A DNA stretch of 64,000 bases from positions 6,879-70,878 of the forward strand of contig JAUQQN010000001.1 in assembly GCA_030549845.1 (NCBI GenBank), given 5' to 3'. A program made the position numbers and the translations under genes. Every line of letters begins with the position of its first letter. Position 1 is the stretch's first letter. The stretch is from Patescibacteria group bacterium (GTDB taxonomy: Bacteria; Patescibacteriota; Minisyncoccia; UBA6257; HR35). The notes beneath the pieces were generated by a model. The model was not told the origin of the DNA and made no database searches. It saw nothing but the letters and a program-made list of their open reading frames with translations. Shown in pieces: positions 30,341-38,329 of this stretch.

Positions 30341-30796
30341 TTAATTTTTATTTAGCAAAGGTGAAATTAAAATAACCAAACCACCCAAAATTGAATCCAA
30401 CAAAAATTTATCATAAACATATGTTCGATTAAACAAACTTCCATAATCCCCAAATAAATATAAATAAAAAGAACCGATTTCATAGAAATAGAGCTTTAAA
30501 GGAAGAACAACGGAGAGAAAAGAAATTAAAATTAGTAGAAATTTTGCAAGGTTGGCGAGCGAGATTCGGGTAGGCCGTGGGCGAATGTTTGAGCCGAAGC
30601 GGAGCGGAGGCCAAACTGGCGCATCGAGTGAGCCAACTTGCAAAATATTAGAAAGCCACCATCCTAAAGCAACACTAAAAGCTCCTATCCAAACGCCAAT
30701 CGCTGATGATTTCATTCCTAATTCTCGTGCCAATAAAGCACCTATTTCAACTCCAATAGTACATAAAGGACAATGAGCAAAAGCAAAGATTGGCAA
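30341..30796 (-). CDS. Small membrane protein with N-terminal CxxC (HCPLC) motif, carrying a GC-rich in-frame insertion
   Basis: 151 aa, 3-4 TM; internal segment ...RFGSNIRPRPTRISLANLAKF is encoded by the GC-rich block at 30553-30640. Confidence 0.45.
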   Translation of the reverse strand: MPIFAFAHCPLCTIGVEIGALLARELGMKSSAIGVWIGAFSVALGWWLSNILQVGSLDAPVWPPLRFGSNIRPRPTRISLANLAKFLLILISFLSVVLPLKLYFYEIGSFYLYLFGDYGSLFNRTYVYDKFLLDSILGGLVILISPLLNKN

Positions 30797-30822
30797 AAAA
30801 AATTAAAACTATGATTATTATT

Positions 30823-31317
30823 TTATATTTCCATAAATAATCCTTGATCTTTACCATCTTTGACTGAATGAATTCTGAATGGATAAAATTTAATTCCTGG
30901 CATTCCCGGTGAACCAGAAGGCATTTCTGGAAGAGCAATGCCATTAATTTTTGGCTTTTCAGTTAAAAGTTTTTCAATTGCTTCAACTGGAATATGGCCT
31001 TCAACAAAATAATTGTTCAAAAAAACTGTATGACAAGACCATAAATTATAAGGAATATTATTTTGCCTCTTAATATTTTCAAGTTCTTCATCAGAAACTT
31101 CTCTAACTTCAACTTTAAAGCCATTTGCTTTTAAATAATTTGCGTATTGGGCACAACAATTGCAGTTAGGGGATTTATAAATAACTGCTGACATACCAGA
31201 AAATTTAGTTCGTTTTGAAGATTGATTTTTTATTAAAACCATAATTGACCCAACTAAAAGAAAACCTATTATTAACCCTAAAATTATACTTTTGTTTTTC
31301 ATTTTTATAATCCACAA
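30823..31317 (-). CDS. DUF411 / CopG-like periplasmic copper-resistance protein
   Basis: N-terminal TM anchor, CNCC motif, conserved His and Met-rich MPSGSPGMPG segment, typical of the DUF411 family found in cop loci. Confidence 0.65.
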   Translation of the reverse strand: MWIIKMKNKSIILGLIIGFLLVGSIMVLIKNQSSKRTKFSGMSAVIYKSPNCNCCAQYANYLKANGFKVEVREVSDEELENIKRQNNIPYNLWSCHTVFLNNYFVEGHIPVEAIEKLLTEKPKINGIALPEMPSGSPGMPGIKFYPFRIHSVKDGKDQGLFMEI

Positions 31318-32393
31318 CCTCCGCCAGATGATTGAAGTTCTGGCAAATTTAATTTTGCTAATTTTTGTTCGACGTTTTGAAGATAACCCGAAATTGAAGA
31401 ATATTTAGCTGACATAATTTCTTTGGGGTCAACATTTTGCCAGTCGATATTTTCAACTAATTTTAAATACATAGCAATCTTAACATAATTTTGAGGAAAC
31501 CAAAAAGAATTTAACTGAAGAGCCAATTTATAAAGTTCATCCTTTGTATATCCTTGACTAGCTGCAAGTTCTAAAGCTCCAAGTAAAGCTGAACCGTGAT
31601 TACAATCTTGAGCAAAAGTTGAATTATCACAACAAGGCCTAAAAGTATTTTGAGCAACCTCATAAACAATTTCCTCTTGCTTAGGAGTTAATTTTATAAT
31701 TTCACATTTATTAAAATATCCAGCTCCATTATCTTTCTTACCTAACCACCAACCACCAGTTGAAGCTAAATAAGGTAAATCTTTCTCACTAAAAGGAATA
31801 TTCTTATTAAATTCAGTTTTATTTGAAAGTCCCAAGGGCCAGAAAATATTTAACAAGTAATTAGCTGTTTCTTGATCAATAACTAAAGGTTCGTAATAAC
31901 CATTAATTAACTTTTGAAGATATTCAGGAATTTGCCCATTATAAAGTTTCTTCATTTTTTCTAAATCAATTACCCCACAATCAACCATTTTTTTAACAGC
32001 ATCACCCAAAACTAATCTAGTTTTAAATCCTTCAAGCGGAAGAACTTGGTTAATTATTTGCTGATATAATTCTTGATTAAAATTTGTTTGTTGGTTTGAA
32101 GATTGAGATAAATTTGAAGTAGTAGGTGAATTACTTAATTTAAAATTAAAAAACAGAAAAACCAAAACACCTCCCAACAAAACACCTATAAGAAGTTGTT
32201 GAATGTTGTAAGAGAAAATTTGGTGATTTATTTCTTCTTTGCCTATACTTTGTTTTATTATTTCTGAATTACAGCTTTTGTGTTCTCTACACCAATTTTC
32301 ACACTGTTTTGCTAATCCTTCGGTATCATAATAATAGCCACAAATTTCACACTGATAATAAACTTTGTTCTCCTTTTTAATTTCTTTTACCAT
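31305..32393 (-). CDS. Hypothetical protein with N-terminal zinc-ribbon (CEICGYYYDTEGLAKQCENWC), one TM and Cys-containing C-terminal domain
   Basis: Motif inspection only. Confidence 0.4.
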   Translation of the reverse strand: MVKEIKKENKVYYQCEICGYYYDTEGLAKQCENWCREHKSCNSEIIKQSIGKEEINHQIFSYNIQQLLIGVLLGGVLVFLFFNFKLSNSPTTSNLSQSSNQQTNFNQELYQQIINQVLPLEGFKTRLVLGDAVKKMVDCGVIDLEKMKKLYNGQIPEYLQKLINGYYEPLVIDQETANYLLNIFWPLGLSNKTEFNKNIPFSEKDLPYLASTGGWWLGKKDNGAGYFNKCEIIKLTPKQEEIVYEVAQNTFRPCCDNSTFAQDCNHGSALLGALELAASQGYTKDELYKLALQLNSFWFPQNYVKIAMYLKLVENIDWQNVDPKEIMSAKYSSISGYLQNVEQKLAKLNLPELQSSGGGCGL

Positions 32394-32406
32394 CTTTATA
32401 TATTAT

Positions 32407-32943
32407 TTATTTATTAATTCCTTCTTTTAATCTTTTGATTAAATAAATTATTCCCAAAATTAATAAGATTAAAACAAGTATTGGAACAACTAAAATAATT
32501 AACATCCAAAAAACACCGACAATCGCAAAAATAGGTGCAAAAATACTCCAACCTTTCCAATTAGAAAAATTCCACCATTCCCAATACCCCATCATTGGAC
32601 CCATCATCCAATTTGACCTACTATAACTAACTTCACAACCACTAAATCTTTTACCCATATTTATATGCATTTGTTCTTCAGCTTCTTTGCCATGCATTCT
32701 TTCCATCATTTGATTCATTAAAAGATGATCGCTTCCACCAACCATAAGTTCCATAGCATATTCACCAATTGCATGAAAATCTTCATTGGTTAAATCTTGA
32801 CAAGTAATTTTTCCTTGTTGCAATTTCTCAAAAAGTTCCTTTCCTTTTTGAATTTCAGCATTCAACTCAGCATCTTCACTGTGAGCAAAAGCAAAAGAAA
32901 TAACGACGAAAAATAATAAAATAATAATTAAAAGCTTTTTCAT
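32407..32943 (-). CDS. Met/His-rich putative periplasmic metal-binding protein with C-terminal membrane anchor
   Basis: Signal peptide; MNQMMERMHGKEAEEQMHINMG and MMGPMMGYWEWW segments; C-terminal TM helix. Confidence 0.4.
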   Translation of the reverse strand: MKKLLIIILLFFVVISFAFAHSEDAELNAEIQKGKELFEKLQQGKITCQDLTNEDFHAIGEYAMELMVGGSDHLLMNQMMERMHGKEAEEQMHINMGKRFSGCEVSYSRSNWMMGPMMGYWEWWNFSNWKGWSIFAPIFAIVGVFWMLIILVVPILVLILLILGIIYLIKRLKEGINK

Positions 32944-33206
32944 TTTCTTTTTGCTAATTTGAAAATTTTCAATAATTCTTTAATAGCGACCTCTTTTTTA
33001 TTTTTAAAATTTTTAGGAGCGCAAGTTCGAAAATGATTTTCTAAAATTAAATCCTCAATTCCCGATAGAGCATTTTTTATGGCCATTGATTGAATTAAAA
33101 TATCAATACAATATTTTTCATTTTCTATCATTTTCTTTAGCCCATCTAATTGACCTCTTACTATATTTAATCTTTTTAAAATTTTTCTTTTCAATTCTTT
33201 CTCCAT
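32940..33206 (-). CDS. csoR: CsoR/RcnR-family metal-sensing transcriptional repressor
   Basis: 88 aa; LNIVRGQLDGLKKMIENEKYCIDILIQSMAIKNAL...ENHFRTC carries the conserved Cys...His...Cys ligand pattern of CsoR (DUF156). Confidence 0.8.
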   Translation of the reverse strand: MEKELKRKILKRLNIVRGQLDGLKKMIENEKYCIDILIQSMAIKNALSGIEDLILENHFRTCAPKNFKNKKEVAIKELLKIFKLAKRK

Positions 33207-33216
33207 AGGTTAATTA

Positions 33217-33233
33217 TACCATACCCGGGTATT
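33217..33233. promoter_or_regulatory. Candidate CsoR operator (TACCATACCCGGGTAT, containing the perfect 12-bp palindrome ATACCCGGGTAT)
   Basis: GC-tract palindrome flanked by ATAC/GTAT, 11-27 bp upstream of the csoR start. Resembles known CsoR operators (e.g. B. subtilis copZA TACCCTACGGGGGTATGGTA). Confidence 0.55.
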
Positions 33234-33287
33234 TTAACAAAATTTCTTCCTGATTATATTATAGCTTATAATTTAAAAAATCTTCCT

Positions 33288-33641
33288 ATGAAAATAATTT
33301 ATACTATTGGGCATTCAACAAGAAAATTAGAAGAATTTATTGAGCTTTTAAAGAATTTTAAAATTGAAGTTTTAATAGACATTCGTCATTTTCCCCATTC
33401 AAAACATAATCCTCAATTTAACAAAGAAATTTTAGAAAAAGAATCACCGAAAGAAGGAATAGATTATCTTTGGCTTGAAGAACTTGGCGGATTTAGAAAG
33501 GGAGGTTACTTAGCTTACACTGAAACACAAGATTTTAAAGAAGGATTAAGAAAACTTACAAAAATTACTGAAGAAAAAGTAACCAATTTTCGTAATCAGA
33601 TTACGAAAATTTTAGGAATTCATTGCAATTTTAGGTTTTAA
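33288..33641 (+). CDS. DUF488-family protein, C-terminally truncated/replaced by a P1 palindrome copy
   Basis: N-terminus MKIIYTIGHSTRKLEEFIELLKNFKIEVLIDIRHFPHSKHNPQFNKE is canonical DUF488. The usual C-terminal ...CAE...CHR segment is absent; the last 17 codons are encoded by the P1 repeat (33587-33609) and its flank. Confidence 0.6.
   Translation: MKIIYTIGHSTRKLEEFIELLKNFKIEVLIDIRHFPHSKHNPQFNKEILEKESPKEGIDYLWLEELGGFRKGGYLAYTETQDFKEGLRKLTKITEEKVTNFRNQITKILGIHCNFRF
33587..33609. repeat. P1 palindrome copy I (inside the DUF488 3' end)
   Basis: CCAATTTTCGTAATCAGATTACGAAAATTTTAGG. Confidence 0.9.
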
Positions 33642-33672
33642 TTCATAGAAGATTATTTACTTTATTATCCAA

Positions 33673-34719
33673 TTACTCTATCTCGATAATGCTCTTTTGG
33701 ATACCAAATTTGTTTTCAATTTCCCTGAACCTTTCCATAAGTTTGTTGCTATCCATTTGCATAATTCTTGGCAAAACTTGGGATTTTAGATATTTCTCAG
33801 CCTCTAAATCTATCAATTCCTGCAACTTTTTCAACGCATTAAGTTTGTAAGGGTCTTCATCATTTTCAAGAATTTTCCAAAATACCTTATTGTACTGTGC
33901 TAATTCATCAGCTATTATCAATAAGGCAATATACTGTGCTTTCTCATAAAGACTTAAAGGGTTTTGCTGTTCTTTTGTAGTTCTGTTTTCTGCTATTCTA
34001 TTTAAAGAATACTCTAATTGCTGGTTGAATATTTCGTTATCTTTAGGGTTGAATATAAATTGGACAATATGGCTAGCAATTTCGGTTTTAATTTGACTTA
34101 TCAATCCATCATCTCGCTCTAAATGAGTTAATTCGTGAACAATAGAGGCAGCAAGGTGCTTTTGTTGGCTATCTATTTCTTTTTTATTTTTAGCCTTAAT
34201 TGCTTCTATTAAAGGCATTAATTCTCGGTAACTAATCCTAATCCCCCCGATATCTCCAGCTTCCATACCAAAATGCTTACTTCCTTCAATAACAAACCCT
34301 TTTGGTTTGTATCGCCAGTTGTAAAAATGAATTGCGCTATTGTAGGTTTCGATAAGCAGTTTATTAACCTCCTCAATAATTTCAGGCTGCTCGGTTAAGT
34401 CTTTCCATGCCTCTTGAGGTATTGTTTCGTAGGTATAAAGCAACTCCTCAGATTTGTTATAAATCCAAATTACATGGTTCAGTCGTTTTTCTTGCTCATT
34501 TTCTATTTCATACAAATAAACAGCATCTCTATTTAGAGAAATAATGTTATGAATGTTTGCTTGAGCTAGCGAGTTTGTAGTATAATTCTCCCAATATTCT
34601 TTAAATCTTTTATCAATTCTAGCAATACCTTCTATTCGTTCTCTCCTCTGCCTGGCTAATTCTTCCCTCTCTTCTTCAGATAACTTTTTAAATCTTGATT
34701 CAAATATTTCGGGATTCAT
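33673..34719 (-). CDS. Hypothetical protein with HExxH motif (possible metallopeptidase-like)
   Basis: VHELTHLERDDG; otherwise unassigned. Confidence 0.4.
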   Translation of the reverse strand: MNPEIFESRFKKLSEEEREELARQRRERIEGIARIDKRFKEYWENYTTNSLAQANIHNIISLNRDAVYLYEIENEQEKRLNHVIWIYNKSEELLYTYETIPQEAWKDLTEQPEIIEEVNKLLIETYNSAIHFYNWRYKPKGFVIEGSKHFGMEAGDIGGIRISYRELMPLIEAIKAKNKKEIDSQQKHLAASIVHELTHLERDDGLISQIKTEIASHIVQFIFNPKDNEIFNQQLEYSLNRIAENRTTKEQQNPLSLYEKAQYIALLIIADELAQYNKVFWKILENDEDPYKLNALKKLQELIDLEAEKYLKSQVLPRIMQMDSNKLMERFREIENKFGIQKSIIEIE

Positions 34720-34755
34720 CTTAATAAAAAATAATTTTATAAAGATTTCTCAATT

Positions 34756-34777
34756 TTTGTAACCTGATTACGAAAAT
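34756..34777. repeat. P1 palindrome copy J (degenerate, ~40 bp upstream of gene start 34719)
   Basis: TTTTTGTAACCTGATTACGAAAA. Confidence 0.8.
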
Positions 34778-34933
34778 ATTAATTCATGGATTTCTTTTAT
34801 CTTAAGATGATATTCTTCTCATATAGTTTCTTTTAATTGAGGTGTTATCGTAATAAAAACTTTTGAATAAAAAAGACTAACAAATCCATCAAAAATTAAA
34901 ACCATTAACTGAGTAAAATTTTTATCCCTATTT

Positions 34934-35983
34934 TTATTGTCTCGGCACTGGGGTACAAACATTATTAACACATTTTATTCTAAATTGGCCAGTAAAACCC
35001 GTACAAAAATCAGGACATTCTCTTGAAGTATCAATAAATCTTTTATTTCCAAAAGCACATTTTTTTGTTTCTTTATCAACTCCGCAGGCACAATCAGCAT
35101 CAGTTTGGCAAAACATTTTACCTACTTCTGAAGGAAAACCTGGAAATTGTGATCCTGGCGGAAAACTAGGAAGTTCTGAAGTTTTCTTACAAGCTTTAAG
35201 ATCATTATCAGTGAAATTTGGTAAGCCTCCATCCATACCAAAATTAGTAAGCATAATTGATCTCTGCTGTATCCCTATTCTTTCTTTAAACATTACAAAA
35301 TAAATTGGTACTTCTCCTGAAAGCCAAAATTCATTTATTACTTTTTCATTTTCCATTACCCCTTCTTTTTTAAATTTAGCAACTTTAATCTTTTTACCTG
35401 ACTCCAAAGTTATTTCTTCTTCGCCAACAAAATTCCATTCAGAAAGATTAACTTTATATTCTTTTTCTAAATTCTCATTTGAAAATGCTACATCTGGTAA
35501 ACCACCAACAAATCCCTTCATAAATTTTTCTTTCAAGCATTGAGTGGGCATCCCCTTACCTTTTGCTAAATAAAGAGATTCCCCTGTTTCTTTATTAAAC
35601 ACCATAGCAAATATCATTCCTCCCATTAATTCGTCACTATCCATTTCAATTCCAACATATTCTTTACCACCAATCGGAAGAGAAATAAGTTTGACTAAAG
35701 CTTTAAAAATTCTTGGCGTCTCTTTACTACCCATTAAACTTACTCCATAACCTTCAAGCTTATATTCTAACCAAGCTTCTTTTTTAAACCCAATTCCTGG
35801 AATTATTTTAAAATTATCCCCTTCTACTTTGGGCACTTCATAACCTTCTGGCGCTTTATATCCACCAATTTCTGGAACTTGATAACTTCCTTTTTGTGAT
35901 TTTCCTTTAAGAACAAAAAATCCAATCACCATAACTAAAACCATTATCCCTACTAAAATAAAAAGTAAAAATTTTTTATCCAT
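34934..35983 (-). CDS. Secreted/anchored hypothetical protein with Cys-rich C-terminus
   Basis: N-terminal TM/signal (FLLFILVGIMVLVMVIGFFVL); C-terminal CQTDADCACG...CAFGNKRFIDTSRECPDFCTG...CVNNVCTP. Confidence 0.5.
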   Translation of the reverse strand: MDKKFLLFILVGIMVLVMVIGFFVLKGKSQKGSYQVPEIGGYKAPEGYEVPKVEGDNFKIIPGIGFKKEAWLEYKLEGYGVSLMGSKETPRIFKALVKLISLPIGGKEYVGIEMDSDELMGGMIFAMVFNKETGESLYLAKGKGMPTQCLKEKFMKGFVGGLPDVAFSNENLEKEYKVNLSEWNFVGEEEITLESGKKIKVAKFKKEGVMENEKVINEFWLSGEVPIYFVMFKERIGIQQRSIMLTNFGMDGGLPNFTDNDLKACKKTSELPSFPPGSQFPGFPSEVGKMFCQTDADCACGVDKETKKCAFGNKRFIDTSRECPDFCTGFTGQFRIKCVNNVCTPVPRQ

Positions 35984-36083
35984 TTTTTTATTATATTTTT
36001 AATGCCGCCCTCTTTGGATAAATTTTACAATAAAAACTTAAATTTTTATTTTAGTAAATATATCTTTAAAAATAAACTTAAAA

Positions 36084-36275
36084 TTATAAATTTTACATTT
36101 ACAATGCTATAGCATTTTAAATTTACAGCCCTTTCAGTAAGCATAGTTTTTTAAATGTGGGCTCATTTTTGAAGGTAGGCTAAGGATTTTAAATTTACAA
36201 TGCTATAGCATTTTAAATTTACAATTCTTTTTAAATAAGCATATTCTTCGAAGGTGGGTTAGAATTTTTCAGAAG
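36084..36275. repeat. Two ~96-bp tandem units, each with TTTAAATTTACA direct repeats flanking the palindrome AATGCTATAGCATT
   Basis: Palindromes at 36103-36116 and 36199-36212; unit tails share TAAGCATA...GAAGGT.GG.TA. Lies in a 560-bp spacer upstream of the 34934..35983 gene. Confidence 0.8.
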
Positions 36276-36543
36276 CTCCACTGCAGTGTTTTTTTTAATC
36301 TTCATTATAAATAATGGGATTTTCTGAAGTACTGTAATAAGCAATAAATGCTTTAAAGGATTCAAAGGAATTTCCATCATTGAATTTTCTTCGATTTTTG
36401 ATATTGTTTCTAGTTTAAATCCTAGATAGTAGATTATCTCATGACATATTTTATCCGTTATTGATTTTGGCGAGTCATCTTCTGATGGTTTATAAACTAT
36501 TACAGGATAAAAACCAAACTCTTTTTTTATACCTATAACTCCA

Positions 36544-37230
36544 TCAACATCGAGAAAGGGTGCTTCGCCTAGAAGTGTGGTAAGGGTGAGTTTTAAGGGA
36601 TAGAAGAAAATTATTTAAATAATAAGTAAATGAGGAAATTATTGAAAAATTGTGTTGGTTAAGAAGATCTTCTAATTCTTTTTTTGAATAATATTTTCTT
36701 GCTGATTCTAAATTTTTTATTATTTTAAGAAGTAGTTTAAGATAAAAAACATCAGGCGAGGGATCAACTAATAAAAATAAACCATTATCTTTTAAAACTC
36801 TTCCTATTTCTTTTAAAGCTGAGTCTGGATTGTAGAAATGATGGAAAGTATCCACACAGATAACAAAATTAAAACTTCCCTCTTCAAAGGGTAAATTTTC
36901 AACATTAGCTTCAATAATTTTTGTATTATTTAGATTAAAAGTTTTGTTTATTGCTTTTTCAACCATACCTTTTGAGAAATCAACACCGAAGAATTCTACT
37001 TCTTTAAATTCTTTTGCTAATTTGAAAATAACTTCAGCTGTTCCACATCCAACATCTAAAAATTTGCTTTTAGGTTTTAAGTATCCATTTGTTTGATTTT
37101 TGATTACTTCGATTACTTTTTTATAAAGTTTTTCAAAATAAATTAATCTAAATATCGAAGAATCATAAAACCTTGACCACAAATCAAACTGTTTTTTATT
37201 TAAATTTTCAAATTCTTCTTTTGTCATCAA
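36544..37230 (-). CDS. Class I SAM-dependent methyltransferase
   Basis: LDVGCGTAEVIF motif I, DTFHHF; odd GC-richer C-terminal tail ...KTHPYHTSRRSTLSRC suggests the 3' end may be altered. Confidence 0.7.
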   Translation of the reverse strand: MMTKEEFENLNKKQFDLWSRFYDSSIFRLIYFEKLYKKVIEVIKNQTNGYLKPKSKFLDVGCGTAEVIFKLAKEFKEVEFFGVDFSKGMVEKAINKTFNLNNTKIIEANVENLPFEEGSFNFVICVDTFHHFYNPDSALKEIGRVLKDNGLFLLVDPSPDVFYLKLLLKIIKNLESARKYYSKKELEDLLNQHNFSIISSFTYYLNNFLLSLKTHPYHTSRRSTLSRC

Positions 37231-37313
37231 AAGTTTTTTAAATTAAGAATTATATAACCTTAAAAAACTAAAAATAGTATTCAAGATAAAATTGAATTCA
37301 AAAATAATTATTT

Positions 37314-38015
37314 TTATATACTATTTCTTTTTTCAAAATAACTACAATAAGCACAATTTGGATTAGCAAGTGGAGGAGTTTTGCTATAATAAACCTCTTT
37401 TAAGTTTTCTAAAATTTCATCATATTTTTCATAATCTAAATTTTCTACCAAAACAACATCTCTTTCTTCAATTATTAAGGTTTCTCGCCTGTTTGAATCC
37501 CCTAATTCTTTAATGATATCAATTTTAACTACATAAAAAGCTCCATAATTTGCTACTTTTTCTTTATTTTTTAAAAGCAAGTAGCCATAAATTTCTAACT
37601 GTCTTTTATAACTCTCATAAATTTGAAAATTTTTACTTAATGTTGTTTTGAAATCAAAAGGTACAAGATTATTATGTTTATCAATTAAAAGTTCATCAAT
37701 CTTCCCCCAATAAATAAAATTATGTTCTGGATGATAAAACTCTATGCCTTTACCTCGCCAAGTTTTTAATTTTTCAAAATCATCAAAAAGATCTAATCCA
37801 AGTTCTTTTAATTTTTCTGGCTTAGTAAAGCTTTGGCGGTAATTGTCGAATTCACTTTTAATTAATGGATCGTATTTTTGGCCTATAAACCCACCTGTAA
37901 TTCCTTCAGGTCTTTTAATATTATGTTTAATTTCTAACCAAAAACACCTTGGACAATCAATAAAAAGTTCAATTTTAGCTCTGGATATTTTGATAGTACT
38001 GTTTGTATTTTTCAT
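37314..38015 (-). CDS. PD-(D/E)XK nuclease, Cas4/RecB-like with 4-Cys cluster
   Basis: N-terminal CPRC and C-terminal CAYC cysteine pairs bracketing a nuclease core (..D..K pattern FDFKTT...QLEIYGYLL); architecture like DUF83/Cas4-family exonucleases. No cas genes nearby. Confidence 0.55.
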   Translation of the reverse strand: MKNTNSTIKISRAKIELFIDCPRCFWLEIKHNIKRPEGITGGFIGQKYDPLIKSEFDNYRQSFTKPEKLKELGLDLFDDFEKLKTWRGKGIEFYHPEHNFIYWGKIDELLIDKHNNLVPFDFKTTLSKNFQIYESYKRQLEIYGYLLLKNKEKVANYGAFYVVKIDIIKELGDSNRRETLIIEERDVVLVENLDYEKYDEILENLKEVYYSKTPPLANPNCAYCSYFEKRNSI

Positions 38016-38329
38016 GGAAAAACATTTTAAATTTCGACATATTCCAATTTTTTAATTATAGAACAATAATTTAAAAAATCTAATAATTTTTATCATTAAT
38101 CATTCAGCCAACAAAAAAGGCCTTAAAATTCCTTAGTCATTGTTCAAATTTATTTTCTCAATTTCTAGAGAAAATAAGAAAGGTAAATTTTTAAAATTTC
38201 TAAAGTAAATTTTTAAATTTTATAAAATACCTTTTTAATTTCGGCCTTTTTGAATAAATTTCGCAATAAAATTTTTATTTTTCAATTTTGGTTAGTATAT
38301 TTTTAGATACCATGTTTAAGCTGTTTTAA

